DNA from: Acetobacteraceae bacterium
Lineage (GTDB): Bacteria; Pseudomonadota; Alphaproteobacteria; Acetobacterales; Acetobacteraceae
Assembly: GCA_947446625.1 (NCBI GenBank)
Contig: CANFIE010000001.1
Location: forward strand, 1-38,670
Reading direction: 5' to 3'
DNA: 38,670 bases
Positions 1 to 8,784 of this stretch are shown here, in pieces; position 1 is the first letter of the stretch, and every line of letters begins with the position of its first letter. A program made the translations under genes and the position numbers. The notes beneath the pieces were generated by a model. It saw nothing but the letters and a program-made list of their open reading frames with translations, searched no databases and was not told the DNA's origin.

Positions 1-255
1 CAGGACGGATCGGCAGGCAATGGAAAGCGCAACTTCCGACCGCGCCAAGGACTACAATCTAGTTGTTTTTCATCGCCCTAAACCTTGTGGTGAAAATCAC
101 CCTACCCTCAAGGTCCGGAGAGAAATCCCTCTCTCCGCGGGTAATTTCCCGGTCATTCCTACCGCGCACCATCAAGGTGGTCGCGCCGACCCTGGCGAAA
201 CCTGCGCCTCAGCGCGGTGCCCCCAGAGGGGGAGACTATTTGTGGTGATCTCGAC

Positions 256-330
<75 letters not shown>

Positions 331-437
331 GCTCCGAGCGAGGCGGGCTTGTACCACCCCTCTCGGGGATTGCAAGCGGGGTTTTTCGGAAACTGCCAGA
401 AGATTTGCATCCGCGCGAAAAAAACTTCCGCCGCGCG

Positions 438-1793
438 TCACACCGCTGCCGGCAACCACACGCGGAAGCAGGCGCCCTCGCCCTCCCGGCTTTCAATCAT
501 CAGGCGCCCGCGGTGCCGATTGATAATGTGCTTCACAATGGCCAGTCCCAGACCAGTGCCGCCAGCGGCGCGAGAGCGGCCACGGTCCACCCGGTAAAAG
601 CGCTCGGTCAGGCGAGGAATATGCTCGCGCGGAATGCCGGGTCCATCGTCACTGATACTCAACGCCACGCCGGGCTGACCCTGCCAGGCTTCCTGAGTGG
701 TCCGCAGCACCACCTGGCCCCCCTGGCGGCCATGGCGTACGGCGTTTTCCAGCAGGTTGCGCACCACCTGGGCCAGTTGGTCGGCATCGGCCGGGGCGGC
801 CACCGCGTCGGCGGCCAGCAGTAGCTCCAACTGCACCCCACGGGCCTGCAGCAAGGGTTGCAGCGCCGCCGCTTCGGCTTCAGCAATGCTGCCAAGCACA
901 GCCTGGCCCGCAGGGGCCTGATGCTCGGTAATCTCAATACGGCTGAGGCCCAGCAGATCATCGATCAGCCGGCGCATGCGCTCGGACTGTTCGGCCATGA
1001 TGGCCAGAAAGCGGGTCCGGGCCGGGGGGTCATCTTCAGCTGGACCGCGCAAGGTCTCGATGAAGCCGATCAGGCTGGCCAGCGGCGTACGCAATTCGTG
1101 GCTGGCATTGGCCACGAAATCGGCGCGCATCCGTTCCACCGCGCGTTCGCGGGTGCGGTCGCTCACCACCACCACCAGAGCGCCGCCATCGGCCAGGGGC
1201 GGGTCCATGGGTAGCACCTGTGCCTGCAACTCGCGCAGCACCGGCACGGGCAGCACCAGGTCCGCCGTTTGGGGCAGGCCTTCCAACAGGGCGCGGTCCA
1301 CGGCCTCGGCCAGGGCGGGGTGGCGCAACAGGGCAGCGGTATCGGCGCCGAACAGCCGGCGCGCCGCCACATTGGCGCGCAGCGGCTGGCGGTCTGGCGC
1401 CAGCACCAGCAATGGGTCGGGCAGGTTTTCCACAATTGCGCCATCCGCCCGGCGCAAATGGTCCACCAGGGCGCCGCGCTCAGCCAGGCTGCGGGCCAGG
1501 CGGGCCACGCCGTCAGCCACGTCCACCGCATCGGGCAGCAGGGGGTTCAGGCTGGGCAGGAAGAAGCCGCTTTGCTCCGCTCGTTGCATGGCCTGGGTGA
1601 TCTGCCCCAGAGTATAAACCCAAAGCCAGCCAAGCCCCACGGCGGCCAGCCCGCACAGCACCACCGCCTGGGCAGCCCGGCGCGGCGGCACCGAGCCTTC
1701 CAGCCACAGCGCCAGCAGCACCAGCACAGGTACGCCGCCAATCAACAGGGCGGCCCGCAGCACCCGGCTGAAGGGCGCCCCTTGTACCGCCAA
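438..1793 (-). CDS. phoR: Phosphate-regulon-type sensor histidine kinase (PhoR-like; TM + PAS + HisKA + HATPase_c)
   Basis: 451-aa ORF. H-box DFVANASHELRTPLASLIGFIETLRGPAEDD followed by RMRRLIDDLLGLSRIE. G-box GTGLGLAIVKHIINRHRG. Hydrophobic N-terminal segments. Stop lies 2 nt after the upstream gene. Confidence 0.8.
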   Translation of the reverse strand: MAVQGAPFSRVLRAALLIGGVPVLVLLALWLEGSVPPRRAAQAVVLCGLAAVGLGWLWVYTLGQITQAMQRAEQSGFFLPSLNPLLPDAVDVADGVARLARSLAERGALVDHLRRADGAIVENLPDPLLVLAPDRQPLRANVAARRLFGADTAALLRHPALAEAVDRALLEGLPQTADLVLPVPVLRELQAQVLPMDPPLADGGALVVVVSDRTRERAVERMRADFVANASHELRTPLASLIGFIETLRGPAEDDPPARTRFLAIMAEQSERMRRLIDDLLGLSRIEITEHQAPAGQAVLGSIAEAEAAALQPLLQARGVQLELLLAADAVAAPADADQLAQVVRNLLENAVRHGRQGGQVVLRTTQEAWQGQPGVALSISDDGPGIPREHIPRLTERFYRVDRGRSRAAGGTGLGLAIVKHIINRHRGRLMIESREGEGACFRVWLPAAV

Positions 1794-1795
1794 GG

Positions 1796-2977
1796 CTAGC
1801 TACCCGCGCCGCCGGGCACCGGCGCGGGCTGCACCAGTTTCGGGTCACCCGAGCCATCCATTTGGAATACCGCAAGTCCGCGCGCCACAGTGCCGTCCGG
1901 CATCAGCCGTATGGGGCCGTCAGCGCCCAGAAAGGCCTCGCCAATCGGCAGCAGGCCGGTTCCTTCCCGCGCTGCGCGGGCAGCGAGGCCAGCCGCGTCA
2001 TAGGCCACACCTGCCAGCCGAGGCGGTCGCTCACCAAAGGCCTGCTGGTACCGGCTTTCAAAATTCAGCCGGGCTTGCGGGTCCGGTGCCGGAAACCAGG
2101 CGCCGGCCAAGGCGGGTTCCTGCGCGAGGCCAGGATCCAGGCTCCAGAGCATGGTGCCCAGCACCCGAGGCGGCCGGGGGAAGGCGGCGGCCAGCGCGGT
2201 AGCGGCCTGGCGGGCGGCCTGTCCGGTTTCCACCAACATAAGCGCATCCACCGGGGCTTCGCCGGCCTGGTTGGCCAGGTCGCGCAGCGCCTGCGCCATG
2301 TCCATCCGCGGCGGGTGCAGCAGCACGAAGGCCGCGGGCAGGCCGGCGGCCGCCAGCCGGGCGCGCAGCACCTGGGCCATGCGGCGGCCAAACTCATCCT
2401 CCGGCCCCAGCAGGGCGAAGCGGGTGGCGCCAGCGGCCTGGGCGGCGCCCACCATGCGGTCCACCTGTTGCGCCGGGGTAATGCCCAGCGCCCAAACGCC
2501 ATTGCCGGCGCCGGTTGCGTCGTTGGTGAAGGCCAGCACCGGCAGGCGGCCGGCCCGGGCGGGAATAGCGGCTGCGGCGGTCTCGGTGGCGGTCAGCGGC
2601 CCAGCCAGCACCCGGGCGCCGGCGCGCAGCGCCTGGCGGGCGGCCTCGCCGGCGCCGGCCGGGGTGCCGGCGGTATCCTGCGGCAGAAACTCCACGCGTG
2701 GGTCGGCCTGGTCGAACAGCGCCAGCTGCGCGGCGTTGAACATGGCCTCGCCCAGGGCCCGGTTGTTGCCGCTCAAGGGCAGCAGCAATCCTACCCGGGT
2801 TCGGCTAACCTGGGGCAGCGGCGCCGGCGGCGGGGCCTGCACGGTGGGCTGCACCATGCCGAAGCTTGGCACGCGGGGCTGGGCATTGCAGCCGATGAGC
2901 GAGAGCAGCAGCAGGCCCGAAAGCAATAGCCGAGACGGCCGGTGGGCAAGGCGAACAGGACTGAATGGCATTGGCAA
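1796..2977 (-). CDS. LpoA-like penicillin-binding-protein activator lipoprotein (type-1 periplasmic binding fold)
   Basis: 393-aa ORF with signal peptide and lipobox LLSLIG-C. Ala/Gly-rich Leu/Ile/Val-binding-protein-like body. Divergent from rsmI, the same arrangement as E. coli lpoA(yraM)/rsmI(yraL). Confidence 0.6.
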   Translation of the reverse strand: MPMPFSPVRLAHRPSRLLLSGLLLLSLIGCNAQPRVPSFGMVQPTVQAPPPAPLPQVSRTRVGLLLPLSGNNRALGEAMFNAAQLALFDQADPRVEFLPQDTAGTPAGAGEAARQALRAGARVLAGPLTATETAAAAIPARAGRLPVLAFTNDATGAGNGVWALGITPAQQVDRMVGAAQAAGATRFALLGPEDEFGRRMAQVLRARLAAAGLPAAFVLLHPPRMDMAQALRDLANQAGEAPVDALMLVETGQAARQAATALAAAFPRPPRVLGTMLWSLDPGLAQEPALAGAWFPAPDPQARLNFESRYQQAFGERPPRLAGVAYDAAGLAARAAREGTGLLPIGEAFLGADGPIRLMPDGTVARGLAVFQMDGSGDPKLVQPAPVPGGAGS

Positions 2978-3843
2978 TCGAATCTCCCGAACCGAACCGG
3001 CCCCTGGCAGGGCTGACGCTGGTGGCGACGCCGATCGGCAATTTGGCCGACCTGTCGCCCCGCGCCCTCGCCAGCTTCCGCGCCGCGGATGCGGTGCTGT
3101 GCGAGGATACCAGGGTAACCGGAGGAATGCTCGCCAAGCATGGCGTTTCGGTGACCATGATACCGCTGCACGATCACAATGAGGATGGGCAGATCCCCCG
3201 CCTGCTGGCCAGGCTGCGCGCCGGGGAGAATTTTGCCCTGGCCAGTGATGCCGGCACGCCGCTGGTCAGCGACCCCGGCTTTCGGCTGGTACGGGCGGCC
3301 ATTGCCGAGGGGCTGCCGGTTTCGGCCATTCCGGGACCGAATGCAGCGGTGATGGCGCTGACGCTTTCCGGCCTGCCGCCGCACCCGTTTCTGTTCTTCG
3401 GCTTCCTGCCGGTGAAGACGGCGGCACGCGTGGCCACGCTTGCCGGGCTACGGGCGGCCGAGCGGGCCGGGCTGAACGCCACGCTGATTTTCTATGAGGC
3501 ACCGCATCGCGTGGCCGAAATGCTGACCAGCGCCGCCGAAGTCTTCGGCGCCGAGCGCCCGGCCGCCGTGGCCCGCGAACTGACCAAGCGCTTCGAGGAA
3601 GTGCGGCGCGGCACCTTGGCCGAACTGGCTGCCTGGTACGCCGGCAACGAGGCACGCGGCGAAATGGCGGTGGTGGTTGGCCCTGCACCGGAGGAAGTGG
3701 CCGACGCGGTGAGCCTGGACGCGCAGCTGCAATCCGCCCTGGACCAGGGGCTGAGCCTGCGCGACGCGGCCGCCACGGTGGCCGAGGCCACCGGGCTGCC
3801 GCGCAAGCAGGTGTATCAGCGGGCGCTGGCGTTGAGGGGGTAG
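2965..3843 (+). CDS. rsmI: 16S rRNA (cytidine1402-2'-O)-methyltransferase RsmI
   Basis: 292-aa ORF. N-terminus LTLVATPIGNLADLSPRALASFRAADAVLCEDTRVT and later SDAGTPLVSDPG are typical of the RsmI tetrapyrrole-methylase fold. Confidence 0.9.
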   Translation: MALAIESPEPNRPLAGLTLVATPIGNLADLSPRALASFRAADAVLCEDTRVTGGMLAKHGVSVTMIPLHDHNEDGQIPRLLARLRAGENFALASDAGTPLVSDPGFRLVRAAIAEGLPVSAIPGPNAAVMALTLSGLPPHPFLFFGFLPVKTAARVATLAGLRAAERAGLNATLIFYEAPHRVAEMLTSAAEVFGAERPAAVARELTKRFEEVRRGTLAELAAWYAGNEARGEMAVVVGPAPEEVADAVSLDAQLQSALDQGLSLRDAAATVAEATGLPRKQVYQRALALRG

Positions 3844-3947
3844 CTAGAGCAATATCCGTCCTGATGAAATCATCAGAACGGATTTCTTGCTCTAGTATCA
3901 AATAGTTATAGAGCACGATGCGCCCTGACGGGCGCATCGTGCTCTAG
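3844..3947 (+). repeat. Double-hairpin low-GC intergenic element, copy 1 (orientation A)
   Basis: CTAGAGCAATATCCGTCCTGATGAAATCATCAGAACGGATTTCTTGCTCTAG-TATCAAATAGTTA-TAGAGCACGATGCGCCCTGACGGGCGCATCGTGCTCTAG. Termini are 8-bp inverted repeats. Starts directly after the rsmI TAG and ends 2 nt before the trpS stop. Confidence 0.9.
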
Positions 3948-3949
3948 AG

Positions 3950-4948
3950 TCAGCGCGGCAGCAGCCCCACCAGCCGCTCGGCCTCGGTGGCAATGGGGTC
4001 GGCAATGGCCGCCGCACGATGGGCGCCCTGGCGCAGTGCCGCATCCAGCGCACCATGGTCCTGCAGCAGCCGGGTCATTTCCTCGCGGATCGGCGACAGA
4101 TGCGCCACCAGCGCCTCGGTCAGCACTTCCTTGAAGGCACCGAAGCCCTTGCCGCCATGCTCGCGCAGCACGTTTTCCGGCATACTGTCGGTGATTGCAG
4201 CCAGAATGCCCACCAGGTTGCGCGCCTCGGGCCGGCCTTCCAGGCCCATGGTTTCCTCGGGCAGGGGTTCCGGGTCGGTCTTGGCGCGGCGGATCTTCTG
4301 GGCAATCTCGTCGGCGCTGTCGGTCAGGTTGATCCGGCTGGCATCCGAGGCGTCGGACTTGCTCATCTTCTTCGTGCCGTCGCGCAGGCTCATCACCCGC
4401 GCGGCCACGCCCTGGATCAGCGGCGTGATGTTGGGGAAGAACTCCACGCCGTAGTCGTGGTTGAACTTCTGGGCAATGTCATTGGCCAGTTCCAGATGCT
4501 GCTTCTGGTCATCCCCCACCGGCACCTTGGTGGCCTTGTAGGTCAGGATGTCGGCGGCCATGAGGTTGGGATAGACGTAAAGCCCGCTGGAAGCGGCCTC
4601 GCGGTCCTTGCCGGCCTTGTCCTTGAACTGCGTCATGCGGTTCAACCAGCCCAGCCGGGCGACGCAGTTGAAAATCCAGGCCAGCCGGGCATGCGCATGC
4701 ACATGCGACTGCACGAACAGGATGCACTTGGCCGGGTCCAGCCCGCAGGCCAGCAGGGCGGCGGCCATTTCGCGAGTCTGGCGGCCCAGCTCGGCGGGGT
4801 CCTGCCACACCGTCAGGGCGTGCAGGTCCACGACGCAGAAGATGCATTCGTGGTCGTCCTGCATCGGCACCCAGTTGCGGATGGCACCCAGGTAATTGCC
4901 AAGCGTGGGGACGCCGGTGGGCTGAATGCCCGAGAAAACGCGATCCAT
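3950..4948 (-). CDS. trpS: Tryptophan--tRNA ligase
   Basis: ORF 3950..5008. Conserved start region [22 protein letters not shown] and KMSKS motif ([11 protein letters not shown]). I chose the ATG at 4948; upstream in-frame starts at 4984 and 5008 remain possible. Confidence 0.9.
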   Translation of the reverse strand: MDRVFSGIQPTGVPTLGNYLGAIRNWVPMQDDHECIFCVVDLHALTVWQDPAELGRQTREMAAALLACGLDPAKCILFVQSHVHAHARLAWIFNCVARLGWLNRMTQFKDKAGKDREAASSGLYVYPNLMAADILTYKATKVPVGDDQKQHLELANDIAQKFNHDYGVEFFPNITPLIQGVAARVMSLRDGTKKMSKSDASDASRINLTDSADEIAQKIRRAKTDPEPLPEETMGLEGRPEARNLVGILAAITDSMPENVLREHGGKGFGAFKEVLTEALVAHLSPIREEMTRLLQDHGALDAALRQGAHRAAAIADPIATEAERLVGLLPR

Positions 4949-5032
4949 GGTTGTGGACACCGTGGTTTGAGGGAGCGGGGTCATCCCCCGGCCCGGCAGG
5001 CGCGTCAAGCCTTGCGGCGCCGCCGCAGGGTC

Positions 5033-6574
5033 TTACGGCTTGCGACGACGGCGCAGGGTTTGCCGCAGTTCCGCCAAGCTGAGCGCACCGAAGCCCCAGG
5101 CGGCGGCGAAGTACACCGCCAGCCCCGTGCCCACCAGCAGCGCCAGCGCGCCATAGCGCCACAGCCCGCTGGCCGGGAACAGCACCATGCCCAGCAGCCA
5201 AAGCACCCCCGCCATCACCGCCGTGGCGGCCAGCAGCCGGGGCAGGCGGCGGCGCAATTGCCGGTCCGGCAACCAATGCCCGCGCCGATACAGCACCACG
5301 CCCAGCGCCAGGGCGTTGAACCAGGCTGCCAGGGCAGTGGAGAGCGCCACGCCCACATGCGCCAGCGCCTGCATCAGCACCAGGTTCAGCGCCAGGTTCA
5401 GCCCCACCGCGGCAAAGCCGATCTTCACCGGAGTGGCGGTGTCGCCCCGGGCGAAGAAGCCCGGCAACATCACCTTCACCAGCACATAGGCCGGCAACCC
5501 CAGCGCATAGGCCGAAAGCGCGGCGGCGGTGGCGGCGGCCTCGGCGGCGCCGAAGGCACCGCGCATGAACAACACCTCAATGATCGGGCCGGCCGCCAAC
5601 GCCTGGCCCAGCGCCGCCGGCAGGCAGAACAGCAGCGCCAGTTCAATGGCGCGGTTGGCGGTGCGATGCGCCGACAGTGGCTGCCCGGCGCGCACCTGGC
5701 GCGACAACAGCGGCAGCACCGCCGTGCCCACCGCTGCGCCAATGACGCCCAGCGGCAACTGCCCAATGCGGTCGGCGTAGTACAGGTAGCTCACCGCCCC
5801 GGTTGGCAGCAGCGAGGCGATGATGACATCAATGGCCAGGTTGAGCTGCGTGACCCCAGCGCCCACCAGCCCCGGCAGCATACGCTTCAGCACCAGCCGC
5901 ACCTCGGGGGTCAGCCGGGGCAGGCGGAACAGGTTCAGCGCCATGCCGGCCCGGGCGCAGGCCCACAGCACAATGCCAAGCTGCACCACGCCGGAAGCGG
6001 TAACGCCCCAGGCCAGCGCATGGGCGGGCGTGGCCACGAAGGGCGCCAGCGCCAGCAGCGACGCCATGGAGAGCAGGTTGAAGAACACCGGCGCGGCGGC
6101 GGCGGCGGCAAATTTCTCCAACCCGTTCAGCACGCCGGAAACCAGCGCCGTCAGGCAAATCAGCAACAGGTAGGGGAAGGTGATGCGGGTGAGTTCCACC
6201 GCCAGCTGGAACTTGGCCGGGTCGGTCGAAAAGCCCGGTGCCAGCACCGCCATCAGGTAGGGCATGAAGATCATGCCCAGCACGGTCAGCGCCGAGAGCC
6301 ACAGGCTCATCAGCACCGCCATGCGTTCCGCCAGTTGCTGCGCGGCGGCGCGGCCTTCCACCGCCAGCATGCCGGAAAAGGCCGGCACGAAGGCGGCGTT
6401 GAAGGCTCCCTCGCCAAACAGCCGGCGGAACAGGTTGGGCAGCTTCAGCGCCACGAAGAAAGCATCGGCCATGGGCCCGGCGCCCACCTTGGCGGCAATC
6501 AGCATGTCCCGGCCAAAGCCTAGCACGCGGCTGGCCATGGTCCAGCCGCCGACGGTGAGAATGCTTTTCAACAT
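5033..6574 (-). CDS. murJ: Lipid II flippase MurJ (MviN)
   Basis: ORF 5033..6769. Canonical N-terminus MLKSILTVGGWTMASRVLGFGRDMLIAAKVGAG begins at the ATG at 6574. Polytopic membrane protein of about 514 aa. murJ-trpS adjacency is common in alphaproteobacteria. Confidence 0.9.
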   Translation of the reverse strand: MLKSILTVGGWTMASRVLGFGRDMLIAAKVGAGPMADAFFVALKLPNLFRRLFGEGAFNAAFVPAFSGMLAVEGRAAAQQLAERMAVLMSLWLSALTVLGMIFMPYLMAVLAPGFSTDPAKFQLAVELTRITFPYLLLICLTALVSGVLNGLEKFAAAAAAPVFFNLLSMASLLALAPFVATPAHALAWGVTASGVVQLGIVLWACARAGMALNLFRLPRLTPEVRLVLKRMLPGLVGAGVTQLNLAIDVIIASLLPTGAVSYLYYADRIGQLPLGVIGAAVGTAVLPLLSRQVRAGQPLSAHRTANRAIELALLFCLPAALGQALAAGPIIEVLFMRGAFGAAEAAATAAALSAYALGLPAYVLVKVMLPGFFARGDTATPVKIGFAAVGLNLALNLVLMQALAHVGVALSTALAAWFNALALGVVLYRRGHWLPDRQLRRRLPRLLAATAVMAGVLWLLGMVLFPASGLWRYGALALLVGTGLAVYFAAAWGFGALSLAELRQTLRRRRKP

Positions 6575-6596
6575 GGCGCCGGGTTTAGCGCCTGGC

Positions 6597-7541
6597 TCAG
6601 CCCCCCGCCACACCCTGGGTGTTGACGTAGAGCGAATAGAGCGACTGCGCCGCCGAGATGAACAGCCGGTTGCGGTGCCGCCCGCCGAAGCACAGGTTGG
6701 CCGCACGCTCGGGCAGATGGATATGCCCGATCGGTGCCCCGGCCTTATTGAACACCCGCACGCCGTCATACTCGGCGCTCATGCCCCAGCCGCACCACAG
6801 GTTGCCGTCGATATCCACGCGGAAGCCATCCGGGCTTTCGCCGGGCTTGGTGACGATGAACTCGCGGCGGTTGCGCAGCGTCTTGCCATCCGGCGCCAGG
6901 TCATAGGCGATGAAGGCGCGCGGCTCGGCCCGGCTGGCGATGATGTAGAGGATGCTCTCATCCGGGCTGAAGGCCAGGCCATTCGGGTGGTTCACGTCGT
7001 CGCACACGCAGGTGATCTCGCCGGTATGGCCATCCACCCGGTAGGTGTGGGTGGCGGGCTGCTCGGCCTGCACCTTCTCACCCTCATAGAAGGCCAGGGT
7101 GCCGAAGGGCGGGTCGGTGAACCAGATGGAGCCGTCGCTCTTCACCACCACGTCATTCGGGCTGTTCAGCGGCTTGCCCTGGTACTTGTCGGCAATCACG
7201 GTGATGGAGCCGTCATACTCAAACCGCACCACGCGGCGGCCCAGATGCTCACAGGCAATGATGCGGCCCTGGCGGTCCCGGGTATGGCCATTGGCGTTGT
7301 TGCTGGGCTTCTGCCATTCGCTGACCTGCCCGCTGGCTTCGTCCCACTTCAGCACGCGGTTGTTAGGAATGTCGGACCAGAGCAGGCAGCGCGTGTCGCC
7401 CAACCACACCGGGCCTTCACCCCAGCGGCTGCCGGTCCACAGCCGCTCCACCGCTGAGAGCGCCAGGTGGTACTGCTTGAAGCTGGGGTCCAGCGCCACA
7501 ATGGCGGGGTCGGGGTAGCGTTCGCTCATCTGCCAGGTCAT
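6597..7541 (-). CDS. SMP-30/gluconolactonase/LRE family protein (no signal peptide)
   Basis: ORF 6597..7580. MTWQMSERYPDPAIVALDPSF..., NSPNDVVVKSDGSIWFTDPPFG, NGLAFSPDE, PDGFRVDIDGNLWCG. AGGGA Shine-Dalgarno 7 nt upstream of the ATG at 7541. Confidence 0.85.
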   Translation of the reverse strand: MTWQMSERYPDPAIVALDPSFKQYHLALSAVERLWTGSRWGEGPVWLGDTRCLLWSDIPNNRVLKWDEASGQVSEWQKPSNNANGHTRDRQGRIIACEHLGRRVVRFEYDGSITVIADKYQGKPLNSPNDVVVKSDGSIWFTDPPFGTLAFYEGEKVQAEQPATHTYRVDGHTGEITCVCDDVNHPNGLAFSPDESILYIIASRAEPRAFIAYDLAPDGKTLRNRREFIVTKPGESPDGFRVDIDGNLWCGWGMSAEYDGVRVFNKAGAPIGHIHLPERAANLCFGGRHRNRLFISAAQSLYSLYVNTQGVAGG

Positions 7542-7662
7542 TGGTCGGTCCCTCTCGGGGCGCCCATCTGCCGCGGGCACCTTGCCCGCAGCATGGCATG
7601 GTCGCCCCCTGCTTTGGCACCAATCCTGCGCGGATCGGCGCCCTGGGGGAAGAGGGTGCTGG

Positions 7663-8670
7663 TCAGCCGCCCGGTGCGCCCTGAGTGTTCACATACAGCG
7701 CGTAGAGCGACTTAGAAGCTGGCATGAACAGCCGGTTGCGGTGCCGCCCACCAAAGCACAGGTTGGCGCAGCGTTCCGGCAGCTTGATATGCCCAATCGG
7801 CGCGCCGTCCTTGTTCAGCACCCGCACGCCGTCCAGGCCGTCGGCGCCCATGCCCCAGCCGCACCACAGGTTGCCATCCACATCCACGCGGAAGCCGTCC
7901 GGCGTTTCGCCGTCACGCACCTGCAGGAACACCTTGTTGTTGGACAGCCTGCCATCGGTGGCGACATCAAACACACGGATGATGCGCGGCACCGCCGCTG
8001 CCTCGATCACGTAGAGCTTCTTCTCATCCGGGCTGAAGGCAAGGCCGTTGGGCCGATTGACCTCAGCGGTAGCAATGGAGATGCGGCCGGTCTGGCCATC
8101 CACCCGGTAGATGTTGGTGGTGGCCTGTTCGGGCGTGGCGGTTTCGCCTTCATACATCCCCAGAATGCCGAAGGGCGGGTCGGTGAACCAGATGCTGCCG
8201 TCGCTCTTTACCACCACGTCGTTCGGGCTGTTCAGACGCTTGCCCTCGAACTTGTCGGCAATGACAGTGATGGAGCCGTCATATTCGGTGCGGGTCACCC
8301 GCCGGGTCAGGTGCTCGCAGGTGATGAGGCGGCCCTGGCGGTCCCGGGTATTGCCGTTGCTGTTATTGGCCTGGGCGCGGAACACATCCACCCGCTTGGT
8401 GGCGTCGGAATAGCGCAGCATGCGGTTGTTCGGAATGTCAGACCAGATCAGCGCGCCCTGGTCGCCAAACCAGGCCGGCCCTTCGGACCAGCGGGCGCCG
8501 GTCCACAACCGCTCCACCGCAGCCAGCAGCAGGCGGTAGCGGTTGAAGCTGGGGTCCAGCACCACCACCGAGGGGTCCGGGTAGCGCTCGGAAGGCTCCC
8601 AGCCGGCCAGGGCCGGGGCGGCAAGGGCGGTCAGGGCGCCGGCGCCCAACAGGGCACGACGAGTGGTCAT
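7663..8670 (-). CDS. SMP-30/gluconolactonase/LRE family protein with Tat signal peptide
   Basis: Real gene is the C-terminal 335 aa of the 911-aa ORF 7663..10398. Starts MTTRRALLGAGALTALAAPALAGWEPSERYPDP (twin-arginine motif) with GGAGGA upstream. Paralog of 6597..7541. Confidence 0.85.
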   Translation of the reverse strand: MTTRRALLGAGALTALAAPALAGWEPSERYPDPSVVVLDPSFNRYRLLLAAVERLWTGARWSEGPAWFGDQGALIWSDIPNNRMLRYSDATKRVDVFRAQANNSNGNTRDRQGRLITCEHLTRRVTRTEYDGSITVIADKFEGKRLNSPNDVVVKSDGSIWFTDPPFGILGMYEGETATPEQATTNIYRVDGQTGRISIATAEVNRPNGLAFSPDEKKLYVIEAAAVPRIIRVFDVATDGRLSNNKVFLQVRDGETPDGFRVDVDGNLWCGWGMGADGLDGVRVLNKDGAPIGHIKLPERCANLCFGGRHRNRLFMPASKSLYALYVNTQGAPGG

Positions 8671-8784
8671 GGCGGTTTCCTCCGGTTGCATGGGGCTGCT
8701 TCGTTGGGCAGCCGTGCCGACCCTAGCACGCTTGGAACCACGCCCGGCCAGCGGCATGCTGGGGGTGGAGAAGGAAACGCCCGC

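Noticed and set aside
1-255. tmRNA, SRP RNA, RNase P RNA or 6S RNA next to tRNA-Gly
   Set aside because: I saw no alphaproteobacterial tag-peptide frame (ANDN...AA), no SRP GGAAGCAGCC motif after GGTCCGGA, and no RNase P GAGGAAAGUCCGGGC core. The region is kept only as an unassigned structured region.
4019-6523. 834-aa ORF on the + strand
   Set aside because: It is antisense to the well-supported trpS and murJ genes. The translation is low-complexity and rich in Arg, Gly, His and Gln (QQRQHRRAHRCANDAQRQ...). Long stop-free antisense frames are expected at this GC content.
7573-7589. Hairpin GCGGGCA-CCT-TGCCCGC between the two lactonase genes as a terminator
   Set aside because: The stem is only 7 bp and there is no T/U tract on the relevant strand, which is insufficient to call.
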